Notes: generated by a model not told the origin, from the letters alone. A stretch of DNA of 64,000 bases from Octopus bimaculoides (GCF_001194135.2 NC_068995.1:50181572-50245571); one strand, 5' to 3'. Shown: positions 39,501 to 53,580, counted from the first letter of the stretch. Translations and numbers: made by a program.

Positions 39501-42500
39501 CAATTACTTGCTCGCTTCTCTTAAAAAAGGCCATAAACAACAAGTAGTCTTATATCCCTTCTCTATAGTTTTCATTCGTATTAAGTAGAATATATTCTAT
39601 TAACAAACCATACAGTTGATACAATTTAACGTGGGATATTCCTGATACAAATAAATAAAATTCATAATGCATCATTTTAGTTCACTTCTTTACAACAAAC
39701 ATTATTTAATTATTTCATATAGATGTAAACCTTGTAACACTACCTGAATGATGGAGGATACAGTCTAAGTATTTCAGATATACACATATCGAGGTAACTT
39801 AGTTTGTTCAAATCTTCAAACGTAGGTACTTTCTGCAAACAAATAAATATCAAATTCAATTCATTACACTGATCTGCTATTGAATCATAAATAAAATAAG
39901 TGAAATATAAGCATTTAACAAAATACAGTTTAGGACTATGTTGATATTAAATTCACAATAGTTACTGTCATTTCCACACTTTTGTGAGTAATCATAATTT
40001 GTTCATATCTTAATTTTGTAGTAAAAATAATTATTCTATTTTTATTAATATCCCAATAATATTAGTCAAAATATATATACACAAAGCAATATCTCACAAT
40101 CACCTCAGACATATGCAGCTAACTGAATAGCTTCTATAGTTAGAAATGTCTGACTGGCTTAGATAGACTTCTAAAATAATTAATGCTAAATTTCTCTAAT
40201 CATTTGTATTCACTATGACTGGAATTTGTAAGTCACAGACAACCAAATCTTTAGAGTGATGAGCTACCAAATTGCAGATCTCTTGCATTATGTTTGGACA
40301 CAAGTGCGATTCTTCAATACAATACATATTACTTGAATTCAAAACTGTTTATCACATAGTACAGCAGCACACATCACTACAACATCTTTAGTTTATGAAT
40401 TATTCAGCTATTATTAGGTTACTGACTTGCCAGCACACCAGGTGAAATGCTTGGCAGCAGTTTATACATCTTCAGGTGTTTTTTGCCGTTCATTCTTTCA
40501 GGGTTGATAAAATAAGTACCAGCTGAATACTTGTGTTGATGTAATCAACTTAGCCCCTCCCACCAAATTACAGGTCTTGTGCCAAAATCTTAAGGAAACT
40601 TACGTCACCAATTACATCCATCACTTCATCATATACCTTCTGCTGTATTTCTGGTTGAGTGGCAAGGATATAGGAAAAAAAACCCAATGCAGTTGAAGTT
40701 GTTAAGTGTGCAGCAAATAAGAACAACACCACCTGAGAAACAATTTCTTCATCTGTTAAACCTGCATTAATAAAAGATGGTAAATTGTGCTTATGTTGTT
40801 ATATAGTAAGATTGAAATATCCTGAACTAAGGATTCAGTCTTTTTGATAGAGACATATAGAACTTGCAGCTGGCAATAAATATACAGTAATGGAAGTGAG
40901 CAGATATAATTTTGGGGTGTTTACAAAGCCAATAGGAATAATTACAAACAGAACAGTTGAGCAACACACACACGTTTTGATTACAACAATGCAGTCATAT
41001 GTACTAGACACCAAAATATCTTTAAAAAAGACAGTAGTAACACGATGAGTAATTAACTACTTCTTTGTTAGATTTGTTTCTTCACACTGGCTTGCAACTC
41101 AATTTATGAACAGCTATGTTTTCCAATCATAGTGTTTGGATGATCTCTCTGTTGATTTGTTTTCTGATCTGATTGGACAAACGACTATTGTGTTGTGCTG
41201 GCTAGAGGACAGATACCATTACTATACCAATACTATCAGCCTTCGTTAGATAACTTAATTGTTTTTGTACACACTCACCCTTATCTGATAAGATTGCATG
41301 AATCCAATTTTTGTAATATCTACATCTTTCTCTTTCTCACGGCCTTGTTTCACCTTTATCTGACATTCTGCGTTTGCATTTGCAGCTATAATTGTGTCTG
41401 GTGACTGCATCATGTGATCTGCACGAGCTCTCCACTAGTTGGCACGAATGTTTCACTGTTCTCATTCTGCTCTCTCTCATGAAACGCAGAGAGCAGAATG
41501 AGAGCAGTGTATCTGCTGTGGATCAAATAAACGGTTAGGTCTGAAATTGCAATACAACAACTAAGTTCAACACAAGATGTCTGAAGAAGGCAGGAGCATA
41601 CAACAGCTGAAATGTAGTGAAAGCAACAATCAAGATGAATACACCAGTTCAACTAATGTAAACAGTCAAATTTTATACTGCTTCAGACACTGAAGACCTT
41701 ACAGGTTTTCATGGTTCTTGTGATTAAGACATCATTTCAGACAACTGTTTTTCTGGGTCTTACTGAAGCAGTAAAACCATAGCATAGAAAAGCACTATGC
41801 ACCCTCGTGCATTGGTAAAGATCTTCACTGGTGTATGCATTGCCATCAAGCATGCATCAGGTGCTTTTGTTTTTGGTGGTAGTTTTAAATTACTATTGTA
41901 CCTTCATGGTTTAATGATAGAGTTCTTCGTAGTTAACAGATTAGTTTGAATGAGTGGTACTTATGTGCATACATATAAAAACAATCATGCACACACAGAT
42001 ATATATATATATATATATATATCATTATACACACACAAATATACGTATATATGTGTGTGTGTGTGTATCATTCACTCATATATATATATATTAGTCTATT
42101 CTCTGCACATTCTTAGTGTTTATTGTACCCACACATTTGCTACACACAAAGTCTATTTTCTTTGTTAACCTTCCCATCATACCACTACGCCCTCTATGTG
42201 TTCAAAGCTTGCACTATGTAGTTTCTACTAACACACTTCTTACTTATCGAACAGGGCTGTCCCCTCGAAGGGATTTGTGATTTACCTGTTTTCCTACTTA
42301 CTAAGACTTTGGTCTTTTCTCAGTGAATTTCTGCAGAATATTGTATCTAAAGTGTTTATATACATTTTGTATATATACATCATTTTATATACATTTTATA
42401 TACATTTTATATACATTTTATATACATTTTATATACATTTTGTATATCAAACCTATATTTCAAATAACCAAATTACTTATTCTTTGTTATAATCAAAATT

Positions 42501-45500
42501 TACTTGCCTCTTTTCGACCTCCAGTCACGCATGTTCTCAAATGTGAGTGTTTCCAGTTCATGCTTCATATCATCGTCAATTTTATCAACATCTTCAAGTT
42601 TTGCATCCAACAAAAGTTGGAGAAAATCGTGTCTTACCTAAAACCGACAAGAAAATCTAGAAATATTAAATAGCTGAATAAAATTACTGAGGTTTTAATA
42701 TAAATATTAGGCATTCTAAGCACTAATTTTAGAAATATGCAATCACTGGATTTTACTGGTAGATTTCTTTGGACAAGTGGAACATTAATATGAATGAGAT
42801 GTATATCGTGATATGGCAAAATGCGATTTGGTATTCTATAAACGCATGATGAACAGAGCAGTAATATAGAAAACTCCTTTTTAATTTCTTGTAAATATGG
42901 TTAAATAGAAACTGTAATAAGGAAATGCAGAACATATATTTCATATTTTTCAGTAGATAGTATATAATTCTAATTGTCACTGTCTAATCTCATTTTCTTA
43001 CTGGAAAAAAATGATTTTCTTGCTTGTTATAAAAGACATTTAAAAAAACTTTGATTGAAAACAAACTATGGAATGCTCAATAACATTAAATAAATTTCAA
43101 ATATTACCGTTTTATTTTTTCTCCGTTCTGCTATAATATCTTTGGAAAACTTAGCCATAGTCTGCAATGAGCTGGAAAAGTTACTTTTGATTCCGAGTAA
43201 ACCCAGAATTTTTGGAATTACTGGAAATAATGCTGAAACAACAAATACTCCGTCTAATTAGTACTGTGTTTATATTGACGATAAGAATTTGTATTCCATG
43301 TAATAAACCAATAAACCTTAGTTTTTTTGAAATGAATGATATACATGTTAATAAATAAACTCACTGATCAAAACTAGGAACTTTGAAACTCAAGATATTG
43401 AGAATCTATTGAGAGTATGTTTGGTTTTAGTGAAATCAACAATTAAAACAGAACCAAATTTTCTCAACAAGCTTATATTCTAATTCAGATGAAAGAAAAA
43501 TGCTCTCCATCTCGCAGTCAACTGTTTTTGGCATTTTTGTGTTAATTCTGTAGAGGTAAATATTGTAAATGCAATGAAAGATAGGCTAGGTGCCTTGCTA
43601 TCTATAGATTTGTTCAAGAGAAAGTGGAATTTTCTGGAGAGAAAACAAAAGGCTTCAATTTAGTGTTGTATAATTCATGTATCTGAAGAGTGAATTGCAA
43701 TGATTTATTTATATATAAAGCGAAAAAAAGGAGCTTAATTTCAGCTTATTTTGTAACCAAGATAAAAGGTTATTGTGATATTTGCTGAGTGTGGCTTTTC
43801 CTTCTTTTCTGTACCTTTACCATAGTTACAGCCTTTCATGATGGTATAGAGGTTAAAATTTACACACACATACAAACTCATTTAAACATACATGGATTCA
43901 AGCACACACATGATGTGTGTCACTGCAATGCGCACAATTAATAACAACAAGGTCATATTCATTCAATAACATATCTTAAGAGAATAAATAAATATTTACT
44001 TTGAGCAGAAGTGATCGGGTTACGAAAATTGACATAAAAGAATTTGTCAAAGCATTTTATTAATGCATGATTTGGATTCTTCATTGAATTAACTTCGATG
44101 CCGAATGCTGTAGATGAAATCATATCAATCGTGTAATGAGAAAATATTCTGAAATAAAAATAGAGGTATAAGAAACTAAAATAATACTAAAACTCACTTT
44201 GCTCTGCTCTTTTAAATACTTTTTAATTGTGAACTATTGTTGTGCATTGAGTACATTTTAAAACAAAAGAGATGCTACTAGTATGTGACATGATGGTATA
44301 GATTCAATTCACGGGTTAAATTATTTCACATATCTTACATTGCTTATAATTATTGGAAATGTAGCAATTCCAGTTTTTCTCTCCAAATAGAAATATATCA
44401 TGCATAGTGAGAAAGACATGATTTCTTTTTTTTTTTTTTCTGCTTATTATAGAATTAACAAATTACTTGTAATTTTTCACTTGAATGGGTCAAATACCTA
44501 CATTGGTGCTCTTTGGCATAGACAGTACAATCCTTACTGAATGCCGAAACTTTCAGACGGGATGACAAAGGACCAGGATACCTGGTACCTTGCTGTATTC
44601 AAGAAGACCTATTGTCCACAGCAGAAGTGTTATGGTCGCATCCACTGGTGAAGGGGATTGGCCTACAAAAGTCCTGTGCCAGTGCCATATAAAAGCACTT
44701 GTGTTGGTGCCATGTTAAAAGCACCCAACACACATTGTAAAGTGGTTGGCATTAGGAAGAGTATCCAGCTGTAGAAACCAAGCAAAATCAAACTGGAACC
44801 TGGTGCAGTTCTCTGGCTTGCAAGCTTTAGTCAAGCTGTCCAACCCATGCCAACATGGAAAACGGACATTAAAGAATGATGATGATGATGATGATGATGA
44901 TGCTATGATAGTTTATACAAACATGGTTGTATAACTTGGTTAAAAATAAAGACTTTATTTGACATCAATACATAAACACTCTTACATACTTACACATAAC
45001 AACAAGAACAACACAAAAGTAAATCAGTTTAAACAGTGTCACTCACTGTTTTATTTCAACAGCTTTGTTACTGTCAGCAAAAAGTGAAAAGTTTTCTTCC
45101 AGGTTTTTCACAACACTATTCATAATTCCCATTGTCTGAAAGAAATTGAAATTCCCAAAATAGTTCTTATTCTTTTCTCATGCTTTTAGTTTTACTGCTG
45201 TAGACATTTAAGAGAGTTGATTTTCTAACAATTCTTGAAAATATAAATCATGTTATCTCTTCATTTTAACAATTCTCCCTACAACTACGGTCTACATTGG
45301 TCTTCTGACAGAAACTAGTTGTTGTATACTATTTCTACTTAATGCCACATGAAACACCTCCTCTTGTCACATCTGCTGTATCTTATCTTTAAAAGCTGCA
45401 CTAACCATACAGTCCAATAGCCTTCCCAGTCAACCAATAATCTGGAATTCATTTCCTACTGTGACAACTTGGTCAGTTAAAGTCTAGACAGTGTCACGTG

Positions 45501-47027
45501 ACAACTTGCTGGGGCTGCCTGCTGGAGCCTAGCAGCAGGTATTTAAAGGGAAATTTGACAAGACAGTCAGTCGGCTGTTGACACTCGTTGACACTGCATC
45601 GAAGAGGCCAGGGAACAGAACAAAGAAGACATGCACTCAACACCAGAGCTGAAGACGCCTCCGAAAGGTGAAACCGGATGTGGTTCCTCCTGATGATGTC
45701 TTGAGCCAACTGGCTCCTATAAAGGAGCTGTTGTGGTAGCAGACCACAAAACATGGTTGAAATTCCCCCCCCCCCCACTTCCTTTCCCATCAGTCATTGA
45801 ATTACTGAAATACATGAATACCTCAGGTCATTGAAAGCCAGCAGACATTTGTAAAGATCATTCCTCCTACCTAGGCCATTAGAAAAAAGGTATATTAATT
45901 AGTAGAATCAAATTCATTCTCCCCAACACAATTATAAAGTTATGTAATTGACATAATTAAGTGTGGTGAAATCTAATGATGAAAAGGTGTATCTTATAGA
46001 CTTTTATTAAGTCAATGTGTCAGCATTGAAGACTTTCTCCAGATAGTATATGGAAAATAAGCTTGGTAGCAACAATATCTGAGTTTGTTGTAAAGAGGAG
46101 TCTTGCCCTGGCACAACTATTAACATTATGATTTGTTAGATGATTACAGTTTATTACCTTTAACCAAATTTATAAAGCCTCTTGCTTATCAACTAATGAT
46201 TGAAGGAAAGGATAAATAATATTTAAATGTATTAACAACATATTTTAAATTAAGACTATATAAAAGGAAATGGAATTGATCTTACCTGTTTGAAGTGACT
46301 GGTACTGAAGGCTGGGAGCAGTAGAGTACGGGCAAACTTCCAATGATTGTCTGTGAGAAAGCTTATGAATTTATCCCCAATTTTGTCTGGTGGAAATACA
46401 TCCTATAAAGAACATGTGACATCTGATCAAATTTTTCTAAGAAATCTTTGCAGCAATAAAATGTGAAAACACCATGAAGAAGATATTACAAAGCAATTAT
46501 TCCATCTTTCTTTGAAATGAAAATAGAGAGAAAAGAGGAGAAATATATCACATTTTGTGGGGTAAATGAGAAAAGTCAAAAAAATTTCTGAATCTGCAAA
46601 TCAAATTTTGGATTAGGATAATCCACTGATAAACAACATTGTTTATCAGTGGATAAAATCTTTTTGCATTGGTAAAAGCTATGATCATATTAGCTTAATA
46701 TCCAAGTAATTGAAAATCAACTATCCTGGTTGTTGATGAGGACCTAGAAATTAACCAATTACCCTAGGGTCATTGATTTTGAGGTGCAAAAATCTTATTT
46801 ACTTATCTTATATACTGTTATCAATGTTTACCAGAAAAAGAAAAATCAGCATTCGTCGAATGAAAATGAAAATGTTGTTGAGAGAGAGAGAGAGAGAGAG
46901 TAATAGAGATAGAGTGAGTGAAAAAGAGAGAGTGTGTGTGTGTGTCTGTAGATAGATAGATAAATAGATAAAGAGAGAGAGAGAGAGAGAGAGAGGAAGC
47001 ATTCATCAATAAAGTGAAAAGGATTTT

Positions 47028-47120
<93 letters not shown>

Positions 47121-50100
47121 AGTGCTGTTTGATACCAATCCCTCTCTCATTATTATTACCATTTTGTTTCATCTCATTTTTTACTCTTACTCAACTCTGC
47201 TACTCCCTCATTGCGTGATTTTCGACAAACTTACAAACAAGCTCATTATTACAATAGATTTGTGCAGTTTTCTTAAAGCCAATTCAACGAGAGAACCTCT
47301 CTCTTGTGCCATTCAGCTGTAGGTTCACATCTTATTGAAAATCTATTAATGAGGCAAGAAAAGAAAGCTTAGATGCATGCCTGGATCTAAAACATCTTAA
47401 ATTTTAAAAAGTAAACTTACGTATCTATTTGAAAATATAGCAAACTGTTTGACGCAAATTTCTTTAACCATTTCTGGGTCACTGATGAGTATATGAGGTT
47501 GATTACAAATGTAAAATCTGTAAAAGTAAGAAAATATAGGAAAATTACAATTCAAATTTTCATATCTGCTCACAAAATTGCACTGTATATCTTCCAGAAG
47601 TTATAATATGATTGGTTTTTGTGTCTACAGCATAGACAGTAAAATTTCCACAACACTATTATCATCATTGTTTAACGTCCGCTTTCCATGCTAGCATGGG
47701 TTGGACGATTTGACTGAGGACTGGTGAACCAGATGGCTACACCAGGCTCCAATCTGATTTGGCAGAATTTCTACAGCTGGATGCCCTTCCTAACGCCAAC
47801 CACTCAGAGAGTGTAATGGGTGCTTTTACGTGCCACCGGTACGAAGGCCAGTCAGGAGGTACTGGCAACGGCCACGCTCAAAATGGTGTATTTTACGTGC
47901 CACCTGCACAGGAGCCAAAACTAACATTTCAGTGATTGTTAACATATTTAAAGTTGGAAGTAAAATAATTAACAAGAAACAATTATGTTTTAACAAAAGA
48001 AAATATTTACTAAAGATTAAAATTAAATGAATTACTTTGACATGTACTGGCAACAAATATAGATATAATTGTTGATCTAAATGAGCTTTGGTGATGTTGT
48101 ATCACCAACTGACTTGAATAACTGTGCCACACACTCAATACAGATGTTAAAGTATCTTGACACAATAATACAACTGATACATAAAGTTATATTTCTAATG
48201 GAACAACAATGATCAATGCTTAATAGAAAATATGAGAGAAATAGAAATATCACCGGCAATACAACAGCACTGGACACATGGTTATAAATCCCTGTCACTG
48301 TTATCAAATATGTAAGGACATGCATGTGTACGTATGTGGTGTGCATGTGTTTACGATCCTGAGAGTGTGGAAGCATTCCAGTATATATATATATNNNNNN
48401 NNNNCACACACACACATTGAGAAAGGCTAAAGAGCTAGAAATGCACATGTGGCAATCTGTTACATGGAAACACTGAATTGATATGGTGTTTTTACACCGT
48501 TTATCATAAGAGAGAATCTTTTCTCCATTGCAGCTGCAGTGAATTTTCCTTTGGAAGTCGAAATATGTTGCAAATATATTTTAATTATCCTAAAATTTAT
48601 ATATATCTATTTTCTTACCCCCAGTTGCACTTCATGAGGTGTAAACATTAAAATGTACACATTTAGTCATCACATCAGAATGAGATATAACGGTTAAAAA
48701 TGTTCATACCCTGTTACTTCTCCATATTTCTGCTTCATTTCTTTGTCAAATGTTGCCATTCCCTAAAAAAGAATAACTAAATTGTTATTTCAATATAGAA
48801 AGGTTTAATTATTTGTTGTTTTCACTTTTCCAAGATAATATTTTTATGAATAGTCTTGCATTAATAAACATATTTAGTTTTATTTACATAAAGATCCAAT
48901 CACAATTTTATTATAAAGAAACAAAGTAAAGAAAAAAAATGGGGTGGGAGGGATTAAGCATCAGAAAATGGGTGGGGTGGGGTGACAACACCTCCAGAAT
49001 AAAATAGTACAATCAAATTCTGCCAAGACTGATTTTATCTTTCATCTTTTTAGGGTTGATAAAAAAGTACCAGTTGAACACAGGAGGGGGAGGAGGAAGA
49101 AGAGTAATCGACTTATCCCTTCCCCAAAATTGCTGGCTTTGGGCAAAAAATTTGAAACCAATATTACATGCACACACGCACAGACACAAACACACACACA
49201 CAAACCAGGAAAATGAAGAGTTTCTACTGGTTGGTATATTTTAAAAAGTACAAAGAANNNNNNNNNNNNNNNNNNNNNNNNNNNNNNNNNNNNNNNNNNN
49301 NNNNNNNNNNNNNNNNNNNNNNNNNNNNNNNNNNNNNNNNNNNNNNNNNNNNNNNNNNNNNNNNNNNNNNNNNNNNNNNNNNNNNNNNNNNNNNNNNNNN
49401 NNNNNNNNNNNNNNNNNNNNNNNNNNNNNNNNNNNNNNNNNNNNNNNNNNNNNNNNNNNNNNNNNNNNNNNNNNNNNNNNNNNNNNNNNNNNNNNNNNNN
49501 NNNNNNNNNNNNNNNNNNNNNNNNNNNNNNNNNNNNNNNNNNNNNNNNNNNNNNNNNNNNNNNNNNNNNNNNNNNNNNNNNNNNNNNNNNNNNNNNNNNN
49601 NNNNNNNNNNNNNNNNNNNNNNNNNNNNNNNNNNNNNNNNNNNNNNNNNNNNNNNNNNNNNNNNNNNNNNNNNNNNNNNNNNNNNNNNNNNNNNNNNNNN
49701 NNNNNNNNNNNNNNNNNNNNNNNNNNNNNNNNNNNNNNNNNNNNNNNNNNNNNNNNNNNNNNNNNNNNNNNNNCGAAACTGTGTTCTAAAAGTGCTGTGT
49801 ATCCCACCCACACTTAACAAGACAAATTTTTTTTGTTCTGCAAGTACTTGGTGACTCTTTCAGTGCAGGTGCCACTTAAAAGAAGCCAGTCCACACTGTA
49901 AAGTGGTTGTTCGGAAGGGCATCCAGCTGTAAAAATCTTGTCGAAACTGACCTCATCTGTGCTTGTGTCACGTAAAAAGCACAACTCACCTCCCTTGTGC
50001 TTGTGCCACAAAAAAAAAAAAAAAGGCACTAAATCCACTTTGCTGAGTGGTTGGTGTTTGGAAGGGCATTCAGCTGTAAAAATCCTGCCAAAACAGTCAT

Positions 50101-52897
50101 AGAAGTCTGGTGCAGGTTTTGGCCCAACCAGCTCTTGTGAAACCAACCCACCCATGCTAGCATGGAAGGCAGACGTTAGACGACGATGATGATCAAGGCA
50201 GTGACATAGCAGAATCATAACCATGCCAGGCAAAATGATTAGCGGCATTTCATCTGTCTTTATGTTCCGATTTCAAATTCCACTGAGGTCAACTTTGCTT
50301 TCCATCCTTTTGGGATCGATAAAATAAGTACAAATTACTGGCCTTGTGCCAAAATTTGAAAACAATATTAAGACAGGGATCAAGGCAACAAGCTGGCAGA
50401 ATCATTACCATGATGGACAGAATACATTTCATCTGTCTTTATGTTCAGAGTTCAAATTCTACTGAGGTTGATTTTGCCCTTCACCCTTTCATGGTGAATA
50501 AAATAAGTACCAGGTGAACATTGGAGTCGATGTAATTGTCTTGCTCCCTTAGTTTGGGGTTGTCAAAGTAGTTATTTGATGTTGGCCTATTGATAGGTCA
50601 CACTATAATCTGAGGAGTTACAATGGCCCCCACATAACATAAGTAATATTTGTTAAATATTCTCAAATATACACCTTTATTTCAAAACTTTGCTTACAAA
50701 TATTAAAACATTTTGTAGAAGTGATTTTATGAAGGTAGTCTGATTGATAAATCTTCTCGACTATTGATACACCAGTATCTACTTCTGATAAGTCACATAC
50801 CTGATTTTATCAAAATTTTTGGTAAAAAATGTGCAACCTATTTACAAGTATACATGATAATTTTTTTATCATTCAGCCATCTAAGTCCATCAAACAAAGT
50901 ACACATAGAGTATGAAAAATTCAAATGCCACCTACCTTCTTCATGACTTCTAACAAATTTCCGAAAAAGAACCATGGCTCTGGGCCAGGAATATTGATAT
51001 TTTTGAAGTAACTGTATGGTTGTTTTGTCAATCTAATATGTAATTGAAAAAACATTACATGCAAGATTATTGTTTATAAAATTTAGAAATACTTGAACTA
51101 AAATAATTGAATTAGTTTATAATGAAAAATAAAATATATTAGATCATAGAAATGCACTCACCGCTTTCAATTTGAGAAATGTTGAAATATGAGATATGTT
51201 CATTGTGTAGTTTTAGAAGCCTAAAGTCTCACTCCTTTGTTGTCTCAGTCCCTTGTTGTCTCCTCTGTGAAGCCCAACATCTGAAGACCCTTTCTCAAAA
51301 TTTCATCCCAAATTTTCACTCCTCAAGTAGAGATTGGAAATTCTCGATGCAGCTGTCCTCGTCCATATGCATCATATGACCATATCAGCACAATCTTCTC
51401 ATTCACTACATCTAATGCCTCATATACCCAACTTTTTTTTCCAATCACTTACACCATCATACATGCACACTGACATTATCCATCCAGTGGAGTATGCTGG
51501 CTTCATTTCTTTCAAACCTTCACATGCTGTCAGTGGTCACAGCCCATGTTTCACTGCCATGTGGTACATTGGATCTCAAGGATTGCCAGAATGTTCTGAA
51601 ATGTTTCTTGAACAGACACCTTTTATTGGATTAATAATCTCCCCCTCCCACATCCCCGACACCCTCCCTTCAGCACCCATCACACCTCTCCCCCGTATCC
51701 ACTACAATCCCACACGTCACCACCCGGACATTTCTATTCCGACCCTGAACCCACTCCCTTCACCACCCTGATCACTATACCACCCAACCTTCCCCTGTCT
51801 GCTGCCGAATGCTTACTCCTCAGCAAGGGTCTTTGCTTCACACCTATCATGCCCCAGTGCAACAAATTTAGGACCCGCACTGATGTCAGCTAGTTCCTGC
51901 ACCGCATCAAACTACGCGTGTTTTTCCACACGTCCACACAGTGTCATGACAATCGGGATTGTTTCTTGAAGCTGGGGTGCTACCCATCCTACTGGACTCT
52001 GCCTCCAGGCCAGTTCAGCAGCCTGGACTTGTTCATGCATGACTGCAATGCGCTGGTCAACTGATTCAATTTCGAAAAATGATCCCTCTGGACCAACATC
52101 ACCTGGGCTGAATTGATCATCTTCACTGCAATGACATCATTGTCAGGCCAGCAGACAGAGGTGGAGCAGTGGTGGTGTGGCGTGTGGACCTATACAGGGA
52201 GGAAGTACTCAGTCAGCTTCGAGACCCTCTCTTCTATTGCCTCCTCCTCTCTTTCCCCACCTCCCCCAACCAGCAGCACATGTCCTCAACCATCCATGAC
52301 CTCGTCTCCTCTTCTGCCTTCCCCTCTACTGCCACCAACCTCATCGTCCGAATGCCCCGTACCTCAACCATCTTTTTCCTTCCCAAAACACATAAACACA
52401 CAGTTACCACCACCCGCATACACATACACGCACACAATTACAGCCACAGACATACACTCACGTGCGCACGCACATACCCACACATACACACGTGCGCACG
52501 CACATACCCACACATACACACGTGCGCACGCACGCACACATACCCACACATAAACCCAGATACCTCCTTCTCTTACACTCTCGTGACTTAGAAAGAACTT
52601 TTTCTTCATCCATTCCCTTCCGGTCATTCCAAAATGTAACTACATGTGGATTGTTGGCGATTTTGGCACCAACAATTTTTAAAAAGTGGTGGAGGGGTCG
52701 AGTTACGTCTCCGCCATATGCACCGCGATTTTTTTTTTTTCGCCATCTTCCTTTTCTCTTGGACTTTCCTGTCTTCTCTTTCTGAAGAAGAGCTTTGCTC
52801 GAAACGTAAAACTGACTTTCCTTCCACGAGCGTCTCTTAATACTTTGCCGGTACCACGTCCTCGCGTTGTTTTTTCTCCGCTTTTTGGATTAATTAT

Positions 52898-52958
<61 letters not shown>

Positions 52959-53580
52959 TATGTGCGCGTGTATGCGTATTATTTACGATTACAGTTTGCA
53001 CAACAACTTTATAAACATCTTGCTACAGTTCGCCTGCACTGAGTTCTCCGATTGTTGCTTTAGTTCTCTCTGCAACGTTGACCGATGTAAAACACATTAT
53101 ATTTTGTTATGTGTAAGATGAGATTAGTTAAGTCTATGAATGCAGAATGAACTTTCAGATATATTACATCAATACTTTTCTATTGTTTATTCTCTCCCTT
53201 TCCTTAAACTACTTTTGTGTTTTTTAAACATGTTGTCTACAAATCTACTCTCAGTCTTTCTCTTTCTCTTTCTGCCCTTTACTGTGTCTTTCTCTCTTTC
53301 ATTATATTTCTTTCTGTCATTTTTTTCTCACAAAGATCTCTCTTTAATAACTAACCTTCCCCCCCCTCTCTCTTTCTCTCATATATCTATTTATATATTC
53401 TATCACTGATGAAGGCCGGTTTATGGGGTGACCCTGGGTAGAGGTCTTACGCCATAAGGTCAAACCATTTATGGACGGGAACCCCAGGATAACCCCATAA
53501 ACCGGCCTTCACCAGTGATAAAATATAAACTGCTCTACATCTTAGAGTGTGCTTCTCCGGATTTATGCTTTCCTAAAAAC

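Larger units (their letters stand above)
51780..52900 (+). mobile_element. Penelope-like element remnant (RT N-terminus, (CA)-rich spacer, pseudo-LTR with hammerhead core)
   Basis: LSAAECLLLSKGLCFTP..WTLPPG..DIIVRPADRGGAVVVW..LSQLRD..PRTSTIFFLPKTHK resembles PLE RT (KGLxFxP, IKPADKGGAVVV, LPKIHK). The downstream pLTR contains CTGAAGAAGAGCTTTGCTCGAAACGTA. Confidence 0.82.

Noticed and set aside
51150-51215. Alternative P450 first-exon candidate (MNISHISTFLKLKA|gtgagt)
   Set aside because: Phase 0, not hydrophobic. The exon at 55543-55613 has the right phase and a signal anchor.
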